Source: an uncultured Eggerthellaceae bacterium (GTDB lineage Bacteria; Actinomycetota; Coriobacteriia; Coriobacteriales; Eggerthellaceae). From it: a DNA stretch of 64,000 bases. The position numbers and the translations under genes were made by a program. The stretch covers positions 394-64,393 of the forward strand of contig CAZVWE010000010.1 of the NCBI GenBank assembly GCA_964631345.1. The letters are read 5' to 3'. Within the stretch, counting starts at the first letter, position 1, and every line of letters starts with the position of its first letter. The notes under the pieces are model-generated. The model was not told the DNA's origin. It searched no databases and saw nothing but the letters and a program-made list of their open reading frames with translations. Of the stretch, positions 1 to 9,174 are shown piece by piece.

Positions 1-3000
1 GAGCTCTACGACACCACAGGCGGACAAGGTGCGGCTGCTGCTACCTACAACATGTCGCCTACCAACAAGCGCATCCTGTTCCTAGCTTATACCTCCCTTT
101 CGTGCGGCTGGTCCTATTACTGGTCACATGAGATGGCTCACGCTCTTGACAACGACGTATTCCTAGGCGCTGGCCGCCGCGATGGTGGCTCCAATGAGGA
201 TTTCACCGACGGTCTTCTCACCCAGGGTCATGGGGCTTTGACCCCGGTCATCAACCTTTGTTACGAATACAACACCTCATCCGACATCATGTCCAATTAC
301 GATCGTGACCGAATCTACGGGAAGGATCAGACGGACGACTTCTACGGGAAGATGTACGAGACCCTCGACATGTTGGATTACGCGGCGCTTCTCGCATTTT
401 TGCGACTTGACAAGGACGAGCAGAACGCTGTGGCGTCCCAGGTGTGGTTCAGCGGGCAGAACGGCAATAGCCCTTTGGATTCGGGCACCAATACGACCAT
501 CCTTTGTTCCAGAAGCAAGGTGATCGACGGCTACGATGGCACCGTGTCCACCATGCCGGTGAACGCCTCGGTTTTCAATGATGGTTCGAAGAAGTTCGAA
601 ACCATCGAAGAGGTCTACGACAACCAGCTTTTCCTGCGCGGAGGGATCGCCGATGGCAGCAGCATAACGTGGCAACGACAGATATATGTCACCGAAGACA
701 ACCGTGGTACTTGGTGGTTCCCGGTGCATGCCAACACCTTCTATCCCGATTCCCGCTCCTTCAAGGTGATGATGTACCGCATGCTCGGGCGCGAGGGCTA
801 TGACGCGTTCGCGACCTATGGAAGCGCCGGCGGTAACGACTTGCAGAAGCTCAAACAGATAACGGGCTGTTCTTCCTATAAAGAATGGCAGATGCAGACA
901 TGGAGTGGCATCGAGGCCAAGAAAGACAATCTAGCCTATGCCGACTTCGATGACTTGGTGGACAAGTTCGAGGTGGCTCTCAGGTCTGACGCAAGCATGC
1001 ACGACCGCAACCTGGGCTCCATGTCTTCGCTGCGTACGCGCATGTTCTACATGATGAAGCGCGTCACCAACGATTTCCGCTATGGAATCTACGAGAACCA
1101 AAAGCCGGTCACCCACATCAACACCCTTGGTGACCTGCTGAAGGTTGCAGACAACCCGCAGGGCAATTACGTTCTAGACAGCGACATAGACGCAAGCAGC
1201 GTCCAATTCGAGGCCGGAGGCGCGTTGCTAGGCGGTGTTTTCTACGGCAAGTTCGACGGACAAGGCCACAAGATCTACGTGAAGGGGTCTCCAATCGGCG
1301 GCCTTTTCGAGGGGGCGCGTCACGCATACGTCAAGAATCTGACGCTCGAAGGCATTACTTCCGACACCATGGCTCTCACCGTCGTGAATTGCGAGCTGGA
1401 GAACATAGCGTACACAAGGTTCGAGCGCCAGGTATGGTCGGTTGATGATTTCGTTGGCATCAATAACGACCTCAGGCTTGGCGTGAACAAGTTCCACCTC
1501 ATGGCCGACCTTGACCTTTCCGAGTGGTCTGCCGCGAACGCCGCCGATGAAGCGAAAAAGCTGTCCGTGGTCACTCAATTCATGGGCGGAACGCAGATGG
1601 ATCCCAAGGTGTTCAATGGGAATGGCCATACGATAACGGGGCTTTCCGGGGCATCGCTGTTCGATAAGGCATGCTATGCAGAGGTGCGCGATTTCACCCT
1701 CAAAAGCTCGAGCAACATGCAGGATGCTGCTGCGGGGGACAACGTAGCTCTGATAGCGCGACGAAGCGCGAAGAGTGTCTTCGAGGATCTGTATCTTGAT
1801 ACGGTGTCGGCGCAAGGTCGTTACCGTGTCGGGTTCATCGTTGGCGACGACGGGGGGATAAACGCATCAGGCGCCGACAGGCGCATCGGCGGGTCGCGCT
1901 TCAACCGCATTCAAGTCACGAATGGAAGGCTCTGGAACGGCAACAGTTCGGTTCAAGGCAACTGCTGCTATGCGGGATTCGTAGCGGGACGCGTGGTCAA
2001 CAGCGATCTGAGTGATATCTTCGTGCAGGGCGCTTTGGCTTCATACGGCGTGTCTTGCGGAGGTGTTGTCGGGGCTGTAACCTGTTCGGTTCGAATGGAG
2101 CGCTGCATCTCGAAGGTGAATATGTCGGCAACAGTTGCAAATGGCAAGAACGGAATCCTTGTGGGAGACATCGAGGACTCTAGTAACAATCTTTATGATG
2201 CGGAAAATACCAGAATATCCGCATGCTTCGGTCTCGGGAATCCGACCAATGGTAACGTTGGTCGTCTTGCCAAGATGACCGCTCCAGCCGAGGACGCCTT
2301 CGTGAACTGCTACGAGGATGCATCGATTACGGTTGGCGCTTCGCTTGTTGGGGATGCGGTGCCCGGCGTGAAGTATGCGCGAACGGATTTGGGGCTTTTG
2401 CATCATTTAAGCAAAGAGCTGCAAGGCATTTCCTACACGTTTCCCATGCTGTATAACGGCGCTGCGGTATATGAAAGTCTTGGCTTCGATGCCGATGTTT
2501 GGGAATTCGATCCAACCATAGAAATCGGTTATCCCATGCTGCGGTTTGTGGGCAACAGGGCTTCTTTCGCGCAGTATGACTTAGACATTGCGATCGATTA
2601 CAAGAACGAAAAACTTGTATGCTCGGGAACGGACTTCGACGCAAGCAAGAGGATATGCCTGCATAACCTGCCGTTCAGAAGCCTCAAAGACCTTCCTGGA
2701 AGCGGGATATACAAAGGCGATTGGCAGGATGACGGTTTCGCGTCGGCGCCTATTTTCTTCTCAGTAATATCCGAAGATCCGAATAGTGTCGATCTGACCG
2801 AGATCATCGAATACGAAGGATTTGATAATGCGGAAACCGAATTGAAGGGGACTCGCTCAATAAGCCTGTATTTCGCCTCAAAATGGTCAGGGAAGGGTTA
2901 CAGTTTCATCAAGACGGTAGAGCTTTCATCGCGCCCGAAGAACGGTTATGCCGATAATATCAAGGGCGTTCGCGCTAATTCCAAAGGGATGGGTGCTATC

Positions 3001-5730
3001 CATGTGTTGACAGTAGGCCCAAGTCTCATGCCGGATCTTGAATACAGGCTAGTTGCGGATTCCGGTGCTGATGTTGAGACGAATTCCGGAACGAATGCCG
3101 CCACGGGTGAAGATGCCAGTGCCAGCGAAGTAGCGCCTGCTGAATGGACTCCGATAACGACATCGTCCACGGCTGTTTCGGCAGGAACGTACGAGGTGCG
3201 CCTTGCTGCGACTGACAGTTCATTCGCTTCGTATCCTACAACGGTAGAGGTTGAGCCCTACGATCCAAATGCGGTTACGTTCCCGCTAATTCTTGATCCT
3301 AAAGGTGGTACATGGGCAGAAGATTTCGACGCTCCTGAAACCTATAACAACGAACAAATTACAACTCTTCCTGTTGCGAGCAATATTGCTCGCAGAGGTT
3401 ACACCTTCGCGGGCTGGTATACCAATGACTCTTTTGTGGGTAAACCGCAGACTGAGATTTTAGCAGGACAGACTGAGACGTTGACGTTCTACGCTGACTG
3501 GACGCCCAATGCATATAGCGTAACGCTTGATCTAGATGGTGGACAAATAGTTCAAGGCAGCAACGTGACAAGTTACACCTTTGGTGAGGGCGCGCAGCTT
3601 CCGGTGCCTGCGAAGAAAAATTACGAGTTCGGAGGATGGTATGAAGATTCATCTTTTGCTGGCGAACCGATAACTGCTATTGGGATAGATGAAGTAGGGG
3701 ACAAAACCCTGTTCGCTAAATGGTATCGTCCTGTGTTTAATGTGACTCTCGAGCCTGGAGAAGGTGGATTTGCAGAAGGCGTGGAGTCGGTATTTACATA
3801 CGAAGGCGGGGCGGGTGCGGTTCTTCCGGATGCCTCCCAGATGGTTTGGGAGGGACACACGTTTGCGGGGTGGTTTGAGGATCCAACGCTAAGTGGATTG
3901 CCTGTTACTACTATTTCTCCTGAGGCAAGAGGCGACAAGCGGTATTTCGCCAAGTGGAATCTTGGTGTTTATTCCATCACGTTCTCGCCTAATGGAGGAA
4001 CCTTGGGTACCGAGCAGACAGGTGTATCGTCTTATACCTACGGCACTCCTGTAACTTTGCCGCTCTATGAGCGTCCTGGGTATGAGTTCTTAGGTTGGTT
4101 TGACAATGCAGAGTGTGCCGGCAGTGCGATAACTGAGATCGTCGCTGGGCAAAGTGGCGACAAGCATTACTACGCAAAATGGGAACCTAAAACCTACACT
4201 ATTGCCTATAGTATGGGTGCGGATAGCTCAGGAGCGACTCCTCCTGACACCATTGATGTATCCGCATACGAGAACTATCAGACAAGCAATGATGCCTTCC
4301 CTCTTCCTGGTGCAGACGTTATGAGTTGGGAGAATCACACCTTTGCAGGTTGGCATGAGAGTGCTGATTTATCGGATGCGCCACTTGTTGAACTAGCTGC
4401 TGGCACGTATGGCGATAAGAATTTGTATGCCGCTTGGGTTAGTGGTGACGTTTGCGCGATTTCGTTCCATTTGACAGGAGGCACTTTCGAAAGCCAGCCG
4501 AAAACGGTTTATGAGTTTGGAACGGATGGTGTTCAAGAAGGCGACATCGTTGCGTTGCCGGCTGGTTCCGATCTTACACGCACTGGGTATGCTTTCGATG
4601 GATGGTATGTCAACGAGATATGTAGTGGCTCTCCAATCGAGAACATACAGCTTACCAAGGGTGTTATAGACCTGTATGCGAAGTGGACGCTGCAGGAATA
4701 CAGTATTGCGTTTGAGTTGAACGGAGGTTCCTTCGTTGATGGGTGCGTTCTGCCGTACAGCTATAACGTGGAATCTAACGATATAAGCCTGCCAGTGTCC
4801 AATGATCTCGTTCGCGATGGATTCATATTTAAGGGCTGGTATGAGGATGCGAGCTTTGAGGGCACTTCGGCTATTGTGATTTCGACAGGAAGTGTCGGCG
4901 ACAAGACTTTCTATGCGAAATGGGAGAAAGAGCAAGTTGCGCCCCCTGACCCTGAGGACCCCGATCCCGATAATCCTGACCCCGATAATCCTGACCCGGA
5001 TGACCCTGACCCGGATAACCCAGACAATCCGGATAACCCGGATAACCCTGATAACCCTGATCCAGAGGATTTCACGATTCCGTCTATAACGGTTAAAAAT
5101 GTTGGCAAGCATATTCTTTCTTGGAATGAAGAGAATTATGCTCGCATAACAATTTCTCGCTCCAAGATGCCTAAGACAAGTGATGACTTCGATATTGAAG
5201 TTCCAGATGGATTTACATGCAGCATTGTTAAACGTGAACCTGCAGCTATGCATCCGCTAGTAAGACAATTATTTGTGGCTGCGCATCCTATTACAACATC
5301 TCTAACTGCAAACCCAACTTTCTTAGATGGTATACAAGAAAAAGCTGCAAACGAGAAGGCATCAAACAGACTGCAAGAAAAAGCTGCAAAAGAGCTACAA
5401 GCGCAGGCATCAAACGAGTCAGATTATTGGGATATCACTTTAACTAAAACAGCCGATCCAACACAAACGAAGACTTATACCCTAGAGATCGTTCCAGTTG
5501 ATGATCCACAGGATCCTTCGTTGATCCCCGATCTCCCAGGAGATCCCAAAGACCCCTTGAATCCTACAGAGCCACAACAACCACCAGTTGGCTCTGATGG
5601 TTCTGGGCAAGGCAAGGGCACTGGGTTGGCGGAAACCGGCGATAGCACTGGAATTCCATTGGCGTTGCTTGGTGCATCGTGCATGCTAGCAGTGTTTGCG
5701 ATTGTGGTAATGCGCAGACAAACTCGATAG
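1..5730 (+). CDS. giant sortase-anchored surface protein with N-terminal zinc-metallopeptidase motif (5-prime partial)
   Basis: Frame 1 is open from nt 1, with no stop before the first ATG at 52, so the gene starts upstream of the window. HEMAH (HEXXH) lies at nt 127-141. About nine ~70-aa repeats with G(Y/H)xFxGW...(Y/F)AxW signatures (Listeria-Bacteroides/Flg_new-like) span roughly nt 3290-4920. A Pro-Asp linker follows. The C-terminus has LAETG (nt 5626-5640), a hydrophobic helix and RRQTR, which together form a sorting signal. Confidence 0.75.
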   Translation, partial: ELYDTTGGQGAAAATYNMSPTNKRILFLAYTSLSCGWSYYWSHEMAHALDNDVFLGAGRRDGGSNEDFTDGLLTQGHGALTPVINLCYEYNTSSDIMSNYDRDRIYGKDQTDDFYGKMYETLDMLDYAALLAFLRLDKDEQNAVASQVWFSGQNGNSPLDSGTNTTILCSRSKVIDGYDGTVSTMPVNASVFNDGSKKFETIEEVYDNQLFLRGGIADGSSITWQRQIYVTEDNRGTWWFPVHANTFYPDSRSFKVMMYRMLGREGYDAFATYGSAGGNDLQKLKQITGCSSYKEWQMQTWSGIEAKKDNLAYADFDDLVDKFEVALRSDASMHDRNLGSMSSLRTRMFYMMKRVTNDFRYGIYENQKPVTHINTLGDLLKVADNPQGNYVLDSDIDASSVQFEAGGALLGGVFYGKFDGQGHKIYVKGSPIGGLFEGARHAYVKNLTLEGITSDTMALTVVNCELENIAYTRFERQVWSVDDFVGINNDLRLGVNKFHLMADLDLSEWSAANAADEAKKLSVVTQFMGGTQMDPKVFNGNGHTITGLSGASLFDKACYAEVRDFTLKSSSNMQDAAAGDNVALIARRSAKSVFEDLYLDTVSAQGRYRVGFIVGDDGGINASGADRRIGGSRFNRIQVTNGRLWNGNSSVQGNCCYAGFVAGRVVNSDLSDIFVQGALASYGVSCGGVVGAVTCSVRMERCISKVNMSATVANGKNGILVGDIEDSSNNLYDAENTRISACFGLGNPTNGNVGRLAKMTAPAEDAFVNCYEDASITVGASLVGDAVPGVKYARTDLGLLHHLSKELQGISYTFPMLYNGAAVYESLGFDADVWEFDPTIEIGYPMLRFVGNRASFAQYDLDIAIDYKNEKLVCSGTDFDASKRICLHNLPFRSLKDLPGSGIYKGDWQDDGFASAPIFFSVISEDPNSVDLTEIIEYEGFDNAETELKGTRSISLYFASKWSGKGYSFIKTVELSSRPKNGYADNIKGVRANSKGMGAIHVLTVGPSLMPDLEYRLVADSGADVETNSGTNAATGEDASASEVAPAEWTPITTSSTAVSAGTYEVRLAATDSSFASYPTTVEVEPYDPNAVTFPLILDPKGGTWAEDFDAPETYNNEQITTLPVASNIARRGYTFAGWYTNDSFVGKPQTEILAGQTETLTFYADWTPNAYSVTLDLDGGQIVQGSNVTSYTFGEGAQLPVPAKKNYEFGGWYEDSSFAGEPITAIGIDEVGDKTLFAKWYRPVFNVTLEPGEGGFAEGVESVFTYEGGAGAVLPDASQMVWEGHTFAGWFEDPTLSGLPVTTISPEARGDKRYFAKWNLGVYSITFSPNGGTLGTEQTGVSSYTYGTPVTLPLYERPGYEFLGWFDNAECAGSAITEIVAGQSGDKHYYAKWEPKTYTIAYSMGADSSGATPPDTIDVSAYENYQTSNDAFPLPGADVMSWENHTFAGWHESADLSDAPLVELAAGTYGDKNLYAAWVSGDVCAISFHLTGGTFESQPKTVYEFGTDGVQEGDIVALPAGSDLTRTGYAFDGWYVNEICSGSPIENIQLTKGVIDLYAKWTLQEYSIAFELNGGSFVDGCVLPYSYNVESNDISLPVSNDLVRDGFIFKGWYEDASFEGTSAIVISTGSVGDKTFYAKWEKEQVAPPDPEDPDPDNPDPDNPDPDDPDPDNPDNPDNPDNPDNPDPEDFTIPSITVKNVGKHILSWNEENYARITISRSKMPKTSDDFDIEVPDGFTCSIVKREPAAMHPLVRQLFVAAHPITTSLTANPTFLDGIQEKAANEKASNRLQEKAAKELQAQASNESDYWDITLTKTADPTQTKTYTLEIVPVDDPQDPSLIPDLPGDPKDPLNPTEPQQPPVGSDGSGQGKGTGLAETGDSTGIPLALLGASCMLAVFAIVVMRRQTR
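4942..5070 (+). repeat. in-frame Pro-Asp(-Asn) low-complexity coding repeat inside the surface protein
   Basis: Reiterated gac-cc(n)-gat-aa(y)-cc(n) units encode PDPEDPDPDNPDPDNPDPDDPDPDNPDNPDNPDNPDNPDPED. Confidence 0.8.
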
Positions 5731-5783
5731 AGGATTTAGCAAGAGACGCTGCGGGTGACGTGGGAAAATTGATTTAATGGTTT

Positions 5784-5829
5784 CAAATGATGTAAAATCC
5801 GGAATTGATTCCGGATTTTACATCATTTG
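5784..5829. promoter_or_regulatory. perfect 46-bp palindrome (22-bp arms, 2-nt centre) between surface-protein stop and ATPase start
   Basis: caaatgatgtaaaatccggaat-tg-attccggattttacatcatttg. It lies 54 nt after the stop at 5730. Its 3-prime end abuts the GGAG that precedes the ATG at 5838. Confidence 0.5.
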
Positions 5830-5837
5830 GAGCTGAT

Positions 5838-7109
5838 ATGTATATAAAGAGAGCGTTAGAGCCTATTGTTCGAGCCTATTCTGATCATTTTAAGGCTGTT
5901 GTTGTAACTGGTCCTCGCCAGGTTGGGAAGACTACCATGTTGAAGCATTTAATGGAAGAAGATGTGAAGCATGGTATAGAGCGCTCGTATGTCACGATGG
6001 ATGATACTGCCTTAAGGCTAATGGCAACAAGCGAACCGTCGTTGTTTTTACAGCGATACAAGCCACCTATTCTGATCGACGAAATCCAAAAGGCTCCGCA
6101 GCTGCTTCCCTATATCAAGATGGCTCTTGATGAAACCGATCAAAACGGATCATATTGGCTTACGGGTTCGCAACCTTTTCATCTTATGCGCCATGTGTCC
6201 GAATCTCTTGCAGGTCGTGTTGGCATAATCGAAATGCTTGGATTGTCCAATTCAGAAATAAACGGGATTCCTTCTGAGCCGTTTGAACCGGGATCAAATT
6301 ATTTCATAGAGCGCATTGAGAAGGCAAAACCGCTTAATGTGGATGAGGTTTTCGAGCGCATAATCTCAGGATCCCTTCCTGCTATTCACACGCTTCCCAA
6401 AGAGTTGAGAGCTGCTGCTTATGAATCGTATCTTGAAACATACATTATGCGTGATATTCGTGATTTGGCACAGGTTGCAGATGAGCTCAAGTTCAGGCGA
6501 TTTATGACTGCTTGTGCGGCATTGACTTCCCGTCCAATCGTGTATTCCGAGTTAGCGCGTTTGTCTGACATAGATGAGAAGACGGCAAAAGCATGGCTTT
6601 CATTGTTGGTCAGCTCTTATCTTGTCAAGATAGTTCCGCCGTTTGCCAACAATCTGCTGAAGCGACTAACCAAAATGCCCGTAATGCATTTCATGGATAC
6701 AGGACTTGCCGCATATTTAGCTGGATGGTCAAGCGCTGAAACGCTTGAGCGTGGTGCAATGTCTGGTCAGATTTTCGAAACATACTCTTACGACGAGATC
6801 TATAAAAGCTTTGTAAATGTGGGGCGTCAACCTTCCCTCTTTTTTTTCAGAACTAGCAGTCAGAAAGAGATCGATCTTTTACTGGAAAAGGATAACGTGG
6901 TCTTTCCTATCGAGATTAAGAAAGGCGCTTCGCCAAACAAACACGACGCTAAGAATTTTTCAGCGTTGAATCCATTGCGAGAAGCCAAGACTTCGGAAAG
7001 CGCGGCAATTATGAGAAGCGAGCCTGGAATGGGCACAATCGTTTGCTTGTCTCGGGATGCGTATCCGATCTTAGACGACGTGTGGGCGTTTCCAGTTTGG
7101 GCGATTTAG
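5838..7109 (+). CDS. AAA+ ATPase, DUF4143-type
   Basis: Walker A GPRQVGKTT near the N-terminus. The ~420-aa layout resembles AAA_14 plus DUF4143 proteins. ATG 5838 is preferred to the TTG at 5805 in the ORF track, because 5805 lies inside the palindrome and GGAG precedes 5838. Confidence 0.65.
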   Translation: MYIKRALEPIVRAYSDHFKAVVVTGPRQVGKTTMLKHLMEEDVKHGIERSYVTMDDTALRLMATSEPSLFLQRYKPPILIDEIQKAPQLLPYIKMALDETDQNGSYWLTGSQPFHLMRHVSESLAGRVGIIEMLGLSNSEINGIPSEPFEPGSNYFIERIEKAKPLNVDEVFERIISGSLPAIHTLPKELRAAAYESYLETYIMRDIRDLAQVADELKFRRFMTACAALTSRPIVYSELARLSDIDEKTAKAWLSLLVSSYLVKIVPPFANNLLKRLTKMPVMHFMDTGLAAYLAGWSSAETLERGAMSGQIFETYSYDEIYKSFVNVGRQPSLFFFRTSSQKEIDLLLEKDNVVFPIEIKKGASPNKHDAKNFSALNPLREAKTSESAAIMRSEPGMGTIVCLSRDAYPILDDVWAFPVWAI

Positions 7110-7305
7110 AAACGCGGTATTTTAGGATTAACACTCGAATATGATTGCACCAAGGCTTTCTGCTTTTCCATGAACTATCCGCTTATACTCTGAGCAAAAG
7201 CCCTTATTGGTAAGCATATTTCTGACCTGTTTGATTGCTTCATGCGCAATAGTTTTGCCACATCGGCTGCTGTTAGCGCATCGTTATTGAGCATTTCAGA
7301 AGTTA

Positions 7306-7337
7306 GAAGGGCTGGATTATATTCCAGCCCTTCTTTT
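7306..7337 (+). terminator. stem-loop plus T-run
   Basis: gaagggctgga-ttatat-tccagcccttc followed by tttt. It sits in the convergent gap between the ATPase and the NCS1 permease. Confidence 0.5.
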
Positions 7338-7392
7338 ATGGGGTGTAGGGGATATAGGTATATAAAATCAGAGGCTATGAACATAAATAGCC

Positions 7393-8901
7393 CTAACCAA
7401 TATGACCACTACGCACTTTGTCTCTTAAAAGGTAACTAATTAATATGTATAAAGCCACTGTTGATGGTGCCACTACCAAAAATGGGACACTTACTATTCC
7501 AGTAACGTATAAAACACTACCTATAACAGTTACAACTATCAATGTACTCACACCACGCCAATTGACAGCATATTCCTGATTGGACATATCGATGCCTCGT
7601 TGGCCTATGTTCATCTTTCCACGCACTATGTAATAGTCGGTAATCAATAAAAAGCACCATGAAGTGGTCAAGATAGACCCATAACTCATGAACGCATTGA
7701 TCTGCTCAAGTATTCCACCAAGAATGAATGCAAGTCCAATAGCATTAGCAATAATTACAGCCGCAACCCAAGACACGCTTTTCCCAGTTAAACTATGAAT
7801 AAGATTAGACACCGCATTCGCACCACCAATTGAATTTGATGTCTCCACTTTCGTTTGGGACAAACAGATAATTGCAAGGCCAATGCCACCTGCTGCAAGC
7901 ACTAGCGATACACCAGGATTAGTGACAGCCATATTTGCTGCACCTGCACCTTCGTATCCCATTTGGGTAAAGTATTCAACGGATCTAGTAAATCCATAAT
8001 AAGTAATCAATGCTCCACATATATAAGTGATGATTGCAAAGAGACTGCCCACGAGTGAAATAGGAACTATGTCTCGTTCTTTACGTGCATAACGAGTGAA
8101 ATCTGCTGCAAATAATGCCAATAACCCACTTGTCATAATTGCATAATTGACCGAATAAGCAAATCCCTCTAAGGGTTCCACACCTGGAATAAGAATACCG
8201 TGAGTAGCAGCATCCACTAGTTGTCCATCAGCTGCCATAAGGTAGATAACGTAACCCATCACACAGAATAGGGCTATAACAAATATTGCGTTCATACGTG
8301 CAATGATCTTTGTTCCAAATAACGCCATAACTACCCATATGCATGAAATACCTATGAATAGAACCCAGCGAATCCACTCTTCTGTCCACCCAAAGGCAAA
8401 CAATATAGCGTTTCCGAGCTGGACAGTGCCCACTGCCAGCACTCCAACAAGAACAAATATCCAAATAACAGAGCCTGCCGCTGAGCCCTTTTTCCCGAAG
8501 ATGTAAAAACGTGAAACTACATTGTTGGGAAGGCCTTCTCTAAAACAGATTTTGCCAACGAAGTAGGTAAGCAAAAATGACAACGTGAATGTAATTGCAA
8601 CAGCTAAACCACCTAATTGGCAACCTGCATAAAAAGCGACAATGCCCCCACCCATAAGCTTTGAAAGACTTGATACAACACCTGATAAGATTGCGGCTAT
8701 GTCAGGCCATGCTAAACGTGCAGACATGGGAACTTTCTCAAAAAGAGAGACTTGGTCTGTACCAGCCTTGCTTTTACTTTGTGCTTGACGTGGCTTGTCA
8801 GAATTTGAAGATTCTGTTTTGGACGGCGCCCTTCCAAGTGCAGGAGCTTTAACCTCGGTAGTGTCCTTGCCTTTACGTTGTTGTAAGTCTTTGTGACGCA
8901 C
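7393..8901 (-). CDS. NCS1-family (cytosine/purine/hydantoin-type) permease
   Basis: About 12 hydrophobic helices. FAADFTRYARK resembles the conserved D(Y/F)(S/T)RY region of NCS1 transporters. The first ~58 aa are hydrophilic and Lys/Ser-rich, so the true start may be internal (for example Met59). Confidence 0.55.
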   Translation of the reverse strand: MRHKDLQQRKGKDTTEVKAPALGRAPSKTESSNSDKPRQAQSKSKAGTDQVSLFEKVPMSARLAWPDIAAILSGVVSSLSKLMGGGIVAFYAGCQLGGLAVAITFTLSFLLTYFVGKICFREGLPNNVVSRFYIFGKKGSAAGSVIWIFVLVGVLAVGTVQLGNAILFAFGWTEEWIRWVLFIGISCIWVVMALFGTKIIARMNAIFVIALFCVMGYVIYLMAADGQLVDAATHGILIPGVEPLEGFAYSVNYAIMTSGLLALFAADFTRYARKERDIVPISLVGSLFAIITYICGALITYYGFTRSVEYFTQMGYEGAGAANMAVTNPGVSLVLAAGGIGLAIICLSQTKVETSNSIGGANAVSNLIHSLTGKSVSWVAAVIIANAIGLAFILGGILEQINAFMSYGSILTTSWCFLLITDYYIVRGKMNIGQRGIDMSNQEYAVNWRGVSTLIVVTVIGSVLYVTGIVSVPFLVVAPSTVALYILISYLLRDKVRSGHIG

Positions 8902-9174
8902 GATATCACCCCTGTTTCACATATTTACAAGTCGCTAAACTCGCCTTGGGCTACGTTGACAATGAAAAGAACGTCTCCTGTGCAAATCACATCAACCATC
9001 TGATGAGCCATGGAATGAGGGGGAGTGATTGATGCGATTTGCACAAGAGGATCACCCATCTGCAGACACTTGAAACGAAAGACGTTTAAGATGGCGTTTC
9101 GTCGAACTTACGCAATTGAATGCAAATAGCTGATCCTCTTTAATGAGCTGCTTTAAGCGATCTGATTTAAGCGA

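Noticed and set aside
4393-5253. 286-aa ORF on the minus strand inside the surface-protein gene
   Set aside because: It is antisense to a gene with strong domain evidence. Its sequence is a mirror of the Pro-Asp repeat (RVIRVIRVIR), and there are no motifs or ribosome-binding site.
5805-5837. TTG start at 5805 for the ATPase, as given in the ORF track
   Set aside because: That start lies in the centre of the 46-bp palindrome and has no ribosome-binding site. The in-frame ATG at 5838 has GGAG 6 nt upstream, and family members start near MYIKR.
7175-7384. 69-aa minus-strand ORF in the convergent gap
   Set aside because: It reads straight through the terminator hairpin (KEGLEYNPALL is the hairpin translated). 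It has no ribosome-binding site and no family resemblance.
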